Assembly (NCBI GenBank): GCA_030704615.1
Contig: CM060731.1
Span: 79,484,001-79,548,000, forward strand
Direction: 5' to 3'
Source of the DNA: Takakia lepidozioides
Lineage: Eukaryota; Plantae; Bryophyta
DNA: 64,000 nt
Shown here: positions 38,561 through 49,296 of the stretch, in pieces
Numbering within the stretch: position 1 is the first letter of the stretch
Layout of the letters: every line of letters begins with the position of its first letter
Translations under genes and position numbers: made by a program
The notes under the pieces: model-generated
Told to the model about the DNA's origin: nothing
Database searches by the model: none
What the model saw: only the letters and a program-made list of their open reading frames with translations

Positions 38561-39204
38561 CTGTTTCAATGGTAGAACATGGCTGTTCGCTTAGGTTTTG
38601 TTTTAATTTTAAATATTTTAATTGGTTTTTGGGTTGGATTTCCATGTGCTGTTTGAATTAGGGTTACTGTTCTGGGTTTTTGGCTTCCGTTTTTGCTTTG
38701 GGGTTTATCATTGCGGGCATGGGTTTTCGGTTTATGGTTTTTCATGGGGGTTGAAATTTGGGTTGCGGGATCAGTGTTTGTAGTTACAGTTCCTGTTTCC
38801 GGGTATAGAATTTGTCATCAATGCCGTGTTTGCCATGCAATCAATTTTATTTCAGTCCATGCATCCTCCACTCTTCGGGACTCACGTTCATCCCACATTC
38901 ATCCATCACCTTCTTTCATTCATCCATGCCTCTTTCATCCGTCCGTTTTTGATGACATATTCATCCCACATTACATGCATGGAGCATGACATGGAATGGT
39001 CCCTGGCCTCTTACGTGAATTTGCATTTAGAACAGTTTGCGTCCACGGCAATAAGCCTTGTATTACCTCGGCTGTAGGCTCTACTTCCCTAATATGCTCA
39101 CGCTTAAAATCTACTCACGATTAAGGAATTCTCCTCACGCGTAAAGGATTCTGCTCACAATTAGTGTGCAAAGCGTGAGCAGCGGTAGCTACCCTCAAAT
39201 TCTC

Positions 39205-40650
39205 CATGGGTCGTGACACAAGGTAAGGACAATGTGGTGAGGGCACCTTCTTCTTCAACCTATTTCAGCCTGTTTTGCCCTCTCATAGACTCGGCCCTGA
39301 ATTTGCAGCAGAGCTGGCATGAGTTTCTTAAAGATCCTTCACGATGGTGGGACAACCGTAATCGCAAGGTGTGGCTTTTTCTTAATGTACGATGCGAAGA
39401 AGTTTGTCCACCCTACAAATGTGGCCTTTTGGCTCTTGTTAGTACCATCATTTGGTATTCTTCATGATGTTCACAAGGTTCTTGGGAGAGTCAGCTTGGT
39501 CTTGGCAGGCCGTGTTTCAATCTCTGCCCGCTCAGCTGCACCGTGGTGGTTCTCGCAGACCATCCGACATTACCTGCAGATATCATCCTAGAGACTGTTC
39601 TTGTTCTTGTTGACGTGTATGCCAAATTTGGAAGCATAGAGGATGCGCGTCAAGTGTTTGAGAATATGGCACAACGGAATGTGATGTCATGGAGCGCAAT
39701 GATTGCAGGATATGCTCAGCATGGGTGTGGTATGGAGGCTTTGGAGATGTATGACAAATGATATGGGAAGGGGTGACACCTGACAAGGTCACATTCCTCT
39801 GCGTTCTCAATGCGTTCGCCAACCTTCAACCCCTGAAAAGGGGCAGAGACCTTCATGCTGACATTAGCAAAGCTAGAATTGGGGCAGATATCATTTTGGA
39901 GACTGCCGTTGCTGACATGTATGCAAAGTGTGGGAGCATGAAGGATGCACGTCAAGTGTTTGACACTATGGCTAAACAAGATGTGGTCTCATGGAGCGCT
40001 CAGCACGGGAATGGTAGGGAGGCTTTGGGCATCTATGAGCACATGACAGGGGAAGGTGTGACACCTGACAAGATCACATTCGTTTCCGTTCTCAATGCAT
40101 GCGCCAGTCTGGCATCCTTCGGAAAGGGCAAAGAGGTCCATGCTGACATCTGCAAAGCTGGAATTGCCCTAGATCTCGTTCTGGAGACTGCCCTTGTCGA
40201 CATGTATGCAAAATGTGGGAGTGTAAAGGATGCACACAATGTGTTTAATAAGATGGCTGAACAAATTGTGGTATCATATAACGTGATGACTGTTGGCTAT
40301 GCTCAGCATGGAAATTGTAGGGATGCCTTTCAACTGTTTGAACAGATGCAACAGGAGGGTTTGAATCCAGACGGTATCACCTTCATATTTATTCTCTCTG
40401 CATGTAGCCATGTAGGCCTACTGGATGAAGGCCGTCGCTACTTTGAATCCATGAGTCAAGATCATGGCCTCACACTTATGTTGGGGCATTTTGGCTGCAT
40501 GGTGGATCTTATGGGCCGTGCAGGGTTGTTGGATGAGGCACATGCTTTCATTAAGGAAATGCCGATCCAAGCAGATTCTGGGGTGTGGGGAGCCTTGCTT
40601 GGTGCCTGCAGAATTCATGGTAATGTAGAGCTAGCAGAACACGGCAAATT
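39205..40650 (+). pseudogene. PDF(type A)-PLS-PPR-E1 pseudogene
   Basis: SALNLQQSWHEFLKDPSRWWDNRNRK|GT(39369)..AG(39558)|.PTLP joined to PPR ADIILET; frameshift near 39757; ORF 39758-40807 includes ACSHVGLLDEG..HFGCMVDLMGRAGLLDEA..VWGALLGACRIHGNVELAE, then is truncated. Confidence 0.88.
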
Positions 40651-41270
40651 GCCTTCTGCAGTTGGATCCACGGCATACTACAACTTAGGTGCTGCTACTG
40701 AGCACCCATGCTGGAGCTCGCTGGGGACACACTCAAGAAAATGTACCTTAAAGGAGCAAGGGTGCAGCTGCATTGAGCGAACATTGAGGTACATACATTT
40801 GTCGTAATGTGATGTTTGAATATGTGTGCTATGGTACTTGCATGCTTGTCACTGTAAGGGTAATAATGTGGAAGTCATCTCACAAATGAGTTTTTTCAGC
40901 ATCACATGATGCAGTGAAGGCTTTCACCCTTGATGTTCTTAAGATTCATACTCATGTCGACACAAAATCTTACCATGGACAATAACCTCATACATAGAGA
41001 GGGAAGCCTTGTTGTGATGCTTCATGAGAGTGCTGGCTGGGCACAACTGATTCGCATAAATGGGTGATACCATCCAGCAAATCCAGTCATAGTGGTGACT
41101 TTATCAGGCCAAAACCTCCAGATATGTTGCTGTTTCTGTTTAAGTAGATTACGAACTCTTTTGCCAGAATTTTCCAGAATACTGTAACTGGCTTTATGAC
41201 CCTTTGGAAATCTTTTAGCCCTTCATTAGAATAATTGTTGTTTATCCCCTTTGATTGTGATTACCCAACC

Positions 41271-41416
41271 AAGGGTGAGGCTCCCAGAGGCACTTGATCA
41301 CTTCAATATTTCAAAGGTCCGTGGAAGCTGAAGATGCTAAAAGTCCTCCATATTACAGTGGAAGATCCTTTCAGGCCAACCATGCAGCACGTGGTGAAGA
41401 TTCTTATGGATGTTAA
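41271..41416 (+). pseudogene. LRR receptor-kinase C-terminal fragment (EMS1/EXS-like)
   Basis: KGEAPEALD..GPWKLKMLKVLHI(del)EDPFRPTMQHVVKILMDV resembles kinase subdomain XI of EMS1-type RLKs; isolated and frameshifted. Confidence 0.6.
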
Positions 41417-41734
41417 ATCTGTTCAACCTCCATTCCTTGGTAACCTTTCCTGATTTTCAGGTGAGTTGAGTATGCTCTTGAAATTTGACAGCTTCCTCAC
41501 AACATCAATTATGTGCCTCCATTACTTGTTCATTCTTCCAATCCTGTAAAACAACTTGTATCGTTGGTTGCTGCATACCGGTGTCTATGTGATGAATCCT
41601 CTGGTTGTTTATAGTTAGCAGGCTCTAGCAATGGCTCAAAATAGTTTAGTCATACCTCCAGGGGTTCAGTCCAGATACTGATTTCCAAGGCTTTTTGGCT
41701 GGCATCTACTACAAACTTTACTGAGCTCCATGGC

Positions 41735-42256
41735 ACAATTGATAAAATCAGGCACTGCTAATGAAGGCACCTTCTTCAACACATTTCACCCTGTTTTTCC
41801 CTCTTATTAGAATCGGCCCTAAATTTCCATGTTGAATTCTTCAAGTTAGCTGGTTGAGTGAGTCTAGTTTGGAATGACTTTGACATGATATTGCCAATGT
41901 GACAACAGGAAAGTATCTAAAAACAGGTAGCAGAATTGAGGAGAAGCCGTGGAATGAATACTTTTCTGACCCCAGTCAATGGTGGGACAACCGAGGCAAA
42001 AAGGTGAATGCCCATCAGATTACCAGATGTCATTCTGATCACTGCCCTGGTGGACATGTATGCCAAATGTGGGTGTAGCGAGGATGTAAAGGAAGTGTTC
42101 AACACTATGCAGGCTGAACGAGATGTGGTGTCGTGGAGTGCGATGCTTGCAGGGTATGCAGAGCAGGGGCGTGGGATGGAGGCTTTAGAGACCTATGAGC
42201 AAATGATGGGGAAGGGGTGAAGCCCGACCTCATAACGTTTGTGTGCGTTTGCAATG
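41735..42256 (+). pseudogene. PDF(type B)/PPR chimeric fragment
   Basis: QLIKSG-linker-EEKPWNEYFSDPSQWWDNRGKK|GTGAATG, then joined inside the intron to PDVILITALVDMYAKCG; same junction as at 59040-59065. Confidence 0.82.
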
Positions 42257-42409
42257 TTGAGAGCCATGGTGGCTCATCTGACTACATTGTAAGTGCTGCA
42301 ACTGTTCTCTCTTCCATCTGTTTCACAAGTGCCCATCGTTTGTCATCATAAAAACAGTATGGACTTGCCAGGTTACTGAAGCTTCCCTTCGTTACGTCTT
42401 ATGAGTACA

Positions 42410-43269
42410 TTCTCTCCTCCTCTCTTGTATCTTACTTTACATTGTCCAGGGTATTCTCTCTGAATACATACATGAATTCAAGGTCAGATGGTGGGGTCAG
42501 CTGCAACATATGCCCAACACCAGATATCCTAAGTTAATCGACTCTATATCTTGGAAACAGGACCGCCCTGTCAAACAGGCTAAGTCCTGGCAGAAGAGAG
42601 TAGAAGAGATCCTCTAGGACCTGGACCTGGATCCGCAAGTCTGGACCCTGCTGGATAAATCTGACTTAGAGGCTGTAGTGTCCTCAGCCATGTCTGTTGC
42701 CATGAGATTGTCTGATGAAAATGAAGTTAGGCAGAAAACTTCCCTGAACTTGTTTCCAGTCTGTGACATGGGGGAGGACATCTTGGATGACCTCAAGGGT
42801 CTACCCACTCTCGGCACTAGACTGAAATTTAAACTCAGGGCAGGAAGCCTACCTTTGAACAGCAAACAGAAGCAGAGAGGAAAGGGAGAGTGCAATTGCC
42901 CGTTGTGTGGGCAATCTGAAGACAGTATTCATTTTCTGATACACTGTCCAGGGTTCTCTCACCAAAGAGACCCTCTCTTCAAATCTATTAAGGGAATTGT
43001 GCCTGTACCCCTGTTTACCAACTTTGAAAGTCTCGAGGCTGAGCCAAAAGCCCAGGCCCTCCTGAGGCCTAGTTTTTGGGCAAATCACACACAGCAGATT
43101 GATGCTTGTGTGAAGGGATTTCTAGAGGATATCTGGAAAACCCGGATTAATTCTTTATATGGAGGTAAGTCTTACTACCAACGTCAGCCCCTGACAGAGG
43201 TAGGTTCTGTCCCTTTTGTTCCCGCTCAAACTGGGCACGGGGTCAATGGCCACAAGGCTACGGCAAACA
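42410..43269 (+). mobile_element. 5'-truncated non-LTR retrotransposon with C-terminal CCHC finger
   Basis: 16-bp TSD ACGTCTTATGAGTACA (42394-42409 and 43270-43285); ORF with KFKLRAGSLPL..CPLCGQSEDSIHFLIHCP. Confidence 0.88.
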
Positions 43270-44840
43270 ACGTCTTATGAGTACAATCTGAATACAGGAA
43301 GTTGCGAGTGATTGGAGCACTAGGTAGGTCTTATGTATGTAGCCCCAATGGTTGCCAACAGTTCCTCTTCAAATTTCAAGGTTGCCAACAGTTCCTCCAT
43401 TTTAAGGCATGAAAATCTTTTTGTAGCATTCTTAAATGAATGTTTTGTTGTTCACCTTTTTGTATAGACAGTGAACCGTGAATACAATATTTCAGTATTC
43501 AGTTTTTCAGCAAGTATTTCAGTATTTCAGCCAGTTTTTCAGCAAGTATATTAATATTTTCAGCCAGTTCTTCAACAAGTATTTTAATATTTTAATAACT
43601 AGTAAATTCGAAAATCAGTTTTGTAATATCATACATCAATATTTTTTTATTTTTTTTATTTTTTTTAAGGTCCCTAAAAACTTTATTCATGAGGAAAAAT
43701 GTAACCTCACATGACATGCCATGGAGGCTGATGAAAGGGATGCCGAGGGACGCCGCCCTGTGACCAGGACAAGAAGGAACAAACAAAGTATCACACCCTA
43801 GAGAAGAGAAATCATAGGGGGGAACCCGAGGCCATGGTGAACCTCTGACGATCATGGAATTCTATTTAATTCACACATCAATAAAGTTCTGCCAAGACTT
43901 CTGTCCCCGACTTTATAAATAAATAAATAAATGAATTTTTCTCTTATGCAAAACATGTTTGACATATAATTCGAATATAAAGTAAACGGCCAACACCCTT
44001 AAATATAAATATATATATATATATAATTTCGATATAATATTTGTAGGAATTTTCAACTTAAGAGTTTCAGGGTGGAGCCATTACGCAACTAGCCGCTTGT
44101 TTTAAGAAAAATTAGGTCTGTTGTTTGAAAAACGGAATGGTGTCAATGTTCTCAATCAAGTTGGAAGGTCTTCACAAAGTTTTGATTGATTCCATTTATG
44201 TGATCCTCTCTCAGATGGGGTTTGCACTGGCCCATTGTTTCCTAAGGCTCATACAAAAGGCCACCCCATTTCCATGCAAGAAATCCAATCCACTTTGCCC
44301 TTCTTGTGCTCATCTCTCTCTCCTCCCAAACAGACGTCTGCATCAAACGAGACACTATGACAAGTAGATTTTCCTGCAGATGCTGCATCAGCTTGCAGCT
44401 TTGGATTTGATTGAGAATACATTGAGAATTTTCGTGTTGAAGTGAAACCATAAGGCCATTAAATGGCTGCTTAGGCATTTAGGGATTAAGGGCACAACAG
44501 ACCCATGTCGGGTTTCAAATACGTAGATTTTCCTGCGTACTATTTACAAATCTTAATATTTGTTTCGAAGAAGTATAATTTCCTACATATTTTTTGCAGA
44601 TCTTAATATTTTTAAAGCTTCTAACCACAATTAAACTTGTGACAACATGGCCCACCCTCTTGAAACAATAGATTCTAGTGAAGTCTCCAACACGCAGATG
44701 TTTTAGAGAATATGTGCCCCAAGTCGATTAAAAAATAAAATGAGGTAAAGGGGAGTGGACACATAGAGGGTGTTGGAGTAAATGTGGCAACTGCATGTGG
44801 GCTGACAGCTGAAGCACGTGGTAAGTCGCATGGGCGCACG

Positions 44841-44981
44841 TGGCTATTGGATTATCTAGGATGGGATCTCTGCCCACCGGCGGGACACACTGTTATCTGC
44901 AAAAAGTTACGGCAGGTGCGGCTACATACTTGGAAGGGTATGTTAGGGTATTGCCTAAAGGATTTTGGTCAACCGCACTTC
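44841..44981 (+). mobile_element. Replitron-type HUH endonuclease fragment
   Basis: YLGWDLCPPAGHTVICKKLRQVRLHTWKGMLGYCLKDFGQPHF matches the recalled Replitron LGW...P..H.V.CK.L...LHT..GM.GYC.KD.G..HF segment (catalytic YxxK). Confidence 0.72.
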
Positions 44982-45093
44982 ACCCTTGGATCTTCTACCA
45001 AGCTCATTATTGTAGTCCATTCCACACCACACAACCGGATTTAGTGAAACAACTCATTATCAAGATATCAATGGCTGACAAGGGCTCAAATTG

Positions 45094-45328
45094 ATTTATT
45101 ATTATTATTATTATTTATAAAGGAAACCTGGGAGCGACTGCTCACAATTCAGGCCCTTGAGGAGGGGAAAAAATTAACCCCTTTTCAGATAAGCCATTAG
45201 GCACACAGGTGGAAACGTCACCACCAGACCAACCGGTCACGAACAATCCACACACCAGGCAGGGCAGTGGGATTGAACCCCGAACCACCAAGGCGACACA
45301 CTGTGCACTTACCAGCTGAGCTACCAGC
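45094..45328 (-). mobile_element. tRNA-derived SINE
   Basis: A-box TAGCTCAGCTGG (45312-45323), B-box GGTTCAATCCC (45269-45279), unrelated body, (AAT)n tail near 45095-45118. Confidence 0.82.
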
Positions 45329-45383
45329 TGATGTGCAATTGAACTGCCAAGCTATGGAGGTACTTTTTGACCCCCCTATCAAA

Positions 45384-45480
45384 CTAGGGCTTCGCGTTGC
45401 TCCGCACTACTAGCGACGAATTCTGAGAACTATGTTCAATTTTTCACAAAAAAAGGGCTGGGTCATCCCCGCGGTGGTAC
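45384..45480 (-). mobile_element. Helitron-like 3' end
   Basis: Minus strand ..TGCGGAGCAACGCGAAGCCCTAG|T; ~90 bp nearly identical to 61260-61345. Confidence 0.6.
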
Positions 45481-46092
45481 ATGCAGAGATCCGGTGTTTT
45501 TTTTTTTTTTTTTTTTTTTTTCTGGAAAAAAAATGGCGGATCTGCATTTCAACATTCAATTTTCACAAGCCGCATCAATCAATAACAACATACCCAAATA
45601 CCCTTACATTCACTGCATGAACTTTCAAGCATCCACCATGGGATTGGATCTTGGTGGGTTAAGGCTAGCTTTTGACAATATTCATGCAAGTTCATCAAGG
45701 GCTCCATCCAAAGCCACACCATGAGAAACAAACACATGTCCAAATTTAAGATACTGAACAAATTTGTGCACAGGGCTGCCCCTCTCATCAAGCTCATTAA
45801 AATTCGTATTCACTTCCATCTTCAAGCTTTGGAGAAGCTCCACCACCCAAACCGACAGCACTCTGATTTCCATCCACTGTCACCAGAATCAGTCAAAAAT
45901 CACCAAGTGCGGCTGACCTCCCACTATGCCGGGTAGACCCCACTATCATTTCCTGTGGCTTTATGGCACAGGAAATGCACTCAACAGTACATCATGGTCA
46001 ATACTTTCAGGAAATGGTGGATGGTGTGAGTAGCTAAGTCATAGATCAATGAATGAAGCAAGACACTCGCATCTTTCCAAGAAGACATCCTT

Positions 46093-48105
46093 TCACCAGT
46101 AATCACCATAAGAACAAATTCCATCTTCAAAGTGGTGAAAGCGGTTAGCGTCCCGTACAACAATTGCTCGGCCAACAATCTTTGAGATGAATTTGATGGA
46201 GGTGTAGCAGCCACCACACACTCGAAGATTCTTGATGAGACGGAGAGGCGTCCTAGGGGTCATGCTGATCAGCCCAAAACCAATGGCCAGCTTCTCACTG
46301 TGGTGGCAAAGAGAAAATTCATTTTCCTCCTCCCCACATCATGCAATACAAAGCGCCTATCAGGCACATACCCCGCCTCCTTCATCTTCCCAGACAATCT
46401 TCTCAGCTCAGCTTGGATTTCCTTAATTATGGGATGCAACTTGTCATCTACAATGAAGGTGTGCACCCTGTTGCAAACCTCATTGCAGCAGCGACCTGGC
46501 TCCTTTCTAACCCCTCTGACCTTCATCATTCTTATCACCTTTGTAGTATCGTCCCACCTGTCAGCTGCAGCATAGATGTTTGATAGCAACACATATTGCA
46601 TCCTGTTCATTCCACTTGAGGATAGATGTTGCTGCACGTTGAGCCATCTCTGCATTGTCATGGATTCTGCAGGCACTAAACAAGGCCTTCCACACCACAA
46701 CATCTGGATTGATTGGCATTTTATTAATCAGGTCCACTGCCTCATCCAGTTGTCATGCATGTCCAAGAAGGTCCAGCATGCAGCCAAAGTGCTACACTGT
46801 CGGAGTGACACCATGATCTTGAATCAGGGAATCGAAGTAGCGTCTACCTTCATTCAGAAGACCAGTGTGGCTGCAGCAGAGAGAACACATACTGCTTCAA
46901 GCCGTTCTTTTGCATTCCTTCAAATAGTTGCAGGACCTCCCTATGACAACCATGCTCTGAAGATGTCGCCATGGACCTCTTTCCCCTTTTCCAGAGCTGC
47001 CAGAGCAGTGTTTAGAATGACATTTGGTATAATTCCAGCTTTGACGATATCCCCATGCACCTCTTTGCCCTTCTCTAGGGCTGCCAGGCTTGCACGACGC
47101 CACATCTTATTCAGCCATAGTGTTGAACCCTCCCATTGCGTCCTAGATGCACCCACATTTTGCAAACATGTCCACCAGGGTATTGTTCAGAATGAAATCT
47201 GGTACAATTCCAGCTCTGAAGATGTCGCCATGGACCTCTTTGCCCCTTTCCAGAGCTGTCAGGCTTGCACACGCATTGCAAACGCACCCAAATGTGATGT
47301 GGTTGGGCTTCACCCCTTCTCCCATCATTTGTTCGTAAGTCTCCAAAGCCTCCATACCACGTTCTTGCTGTGCATACCCTGCAAGCATCGCGTCCAATGG
47401 CACCACATCTCGTTCAGCCATAGTGTTGAAAACTCCCTTCGCATCCTTAATGCACCCACATTTGGCATACATGTCCACCAGAGCAGTTTGCAGAATGACA
47501 TCTGGTACAATTCCAGCTTTGACGATGTCACCATGGACCTCTTTCCCCTTTTCCAGAGCTCCCCGGCTTGCACACACATTGTAAACACAAACAAATGTGA
47601 TGTGGTTGGGCTTCACCCTTTCGTGCAAAATTTGCTCATAGGTCTCCAAAGCATTCCTACCACACCCGTGCTTGGTAAATCCTGCCAACATTATGTTCCA
47701 CATGATCAAACATCGTTGAGGCATTCTGTTGAACACTTGATGAGCATCCATGATGCTCCCACACTTAACATACATGTTGACAAGGGAGTTGAGTAGAAAA
47801 AAAATTGACTTGAATCCACTTTGGATAATGTGAGTGTGCACCTGCTTTCCAGCTTCCAGACCTCCCATCTTGATGCACTTAAGCAAGAGATAAGCATATG
47901 TATCTGAATCTGCTGAAATACCTCCTTGGTTTATAGTCTGTAGAGCCTCTGCCAGTCTGTCTGTCGCACGACATGCCCAGAAGTGCCAGAAGAGGTATTG
48001 CGGACTCCCTCTCTTGATCCTCTTTCAGAAGCTGTGGCCATAGATGAGGTGCTTGATTTCATCAACTGTGCCGCTGCAACTGCTGCATTCAGTTGACCAT
48101 CTACC
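46093..48105 (-). pseudogene. PDF-linker-PLS-PPR-E/E+-DYW pseudogene (C-to-U editing-factor type)
   Basis: WVDGQL-linker-(fs)RLAEALQTINQGG..PPRs..ACRIHDN..YVLLSNIYAA..KEPG..AGYVPD..LHDV(fs)..[44 protein letters not shown] (stop at 46093-46095). Confidence 0.92.
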
Positions 48106-48119
48106 CAGAGAGACCACAT

Positions 48120-48288
48120 ATAAAGGTGATATTGTCCGGCTTCAAGCCGTTCTTTTACATTCCTTCAAATAGTTGCAGGACCTCCCTATGACAACATGCT
48201 GGGCATATCCTGCGATCATTGAATTGCACGACACCACATTTTGTTCAGTCATCCTGTCGAACACTCCCTTTGCATCCTCGATGCACTC
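48120..48288 (-). pseudogene. PPR continuation of the array interrupted at 57686
   Basis: ECIEDAKGVFDRMTEQNVVSCNSMIAGYAQH.. resumes in register with ITALLDLY at ~57690. Confidence 0.8.
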
Positions 48289-48603
48289 GAAAAGGGTTCC
48301 GTTACCCTGGCACTGAATGCATTAATGGGCCCACAATTAGTATTAGTTGTTGTACCGGGTAGGTACTTTGACGGCTCGATTTGTCCTCTTGCATGATGAA
48401 ACTCACTTTTGCAATCGATGCAGCGCGGTGTGCTTCGCCTTAGCCGCCACGTGTCCATTTCTAAACATGCCCCCGTCTTCCCCTCTCCGCGTGGCACATT
48501 CTCCAAGTTTGACTTCCAAACTTTTTCTTCACTTGATGGCCACTTTTCTAACGTTAATTCGCGTCCACCTGTCACTGACCCTATGGACTGTGTAATCTGT
48601 ATG

Positions 48604-48805
48604 GGCTGTGTTGGGCTGTGATAGGCTATGTGGCACTGTGATGGGCTGTGATAGGCTGTGTCACGCTGTGATGGGTTGTGATAGGCTATGTCACGTTGTG
48701 ATGGGCTATGATAGGCTGTGTCACGCTGTGATGGGCTGTGATAGGCTGTGTCACGCTGTGATGGGCTGTGATAGGCTGTGTCATGCTGTGATGGGCTGTG
48801 ATAGG
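48604..48805 (-). repeat. 30-bp tandem repeat (10-bp subunits) encoding TAYHSPSQRD, ~6-7 copies
   Basis: Unit GGCTGTGATAGGCTGTGTCACGCTGTGATG, in frame after the integrase tail. Confidence 0.92.
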
Positions 48806-49296
48806 TATGCGAACACCTGTAGTTCTCGCCCTGGTCATATATGCTCGGCTTAGCGACAAGTGCTCCATACTCCGTTGGTATCACTGGCGCAGCTCGTGAC
48901 TGCTTTTGCGTTTCAACATGCAAATCGTGCTGCAATGGTTTGTCATGGATACCACTGTACCCCTTCAATTTATTGGCATTGACTCTTCCCAACATCTCTT
49001 TGTTAATGGTTTGTAACATGGCTGTGTTGTTATCATACATCTCTTGTATAACATAAGGTCCCTTCCATGGTGATTTAAGCTTAGAAGCTTTAATCTTCCC
49101 CTTCTTCTGCAACCAGAGAACCAAATCTCCCGTCTTAAAAGTCTTTAATTTGCCTTCATCAAACTGTTCCGTCCTCTTCATCTGAATTCTGGTCATGTTA
49201 TCAGCTGCATCAGCACGTACTTCTTCCACATGGTATAATTCATGTTTCCTGACCTTAATTGAATCTTCCAATTCCATTCTCTTCCCCATTCAGTTC

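Noticed and set aside
45260-45328. Possible tRNA gene
   Set aside because: A/B boxes are present but there is no convincing cloverleaf; it continues into a body and AAT tail, so it is a SINE.
46576-47796. 406-aa plus-strand ORF, and similar antisense ORFs over PPR arrays
   Set aside because: Shadow frames of the PPR repeats on the opposite strand.
11739-47990. In-frame stops in PPR/kiwellin copies rescued by U-to-C editing
   Set aside because: These are nuclear sequences and most lesions are frameshifts or deletions.
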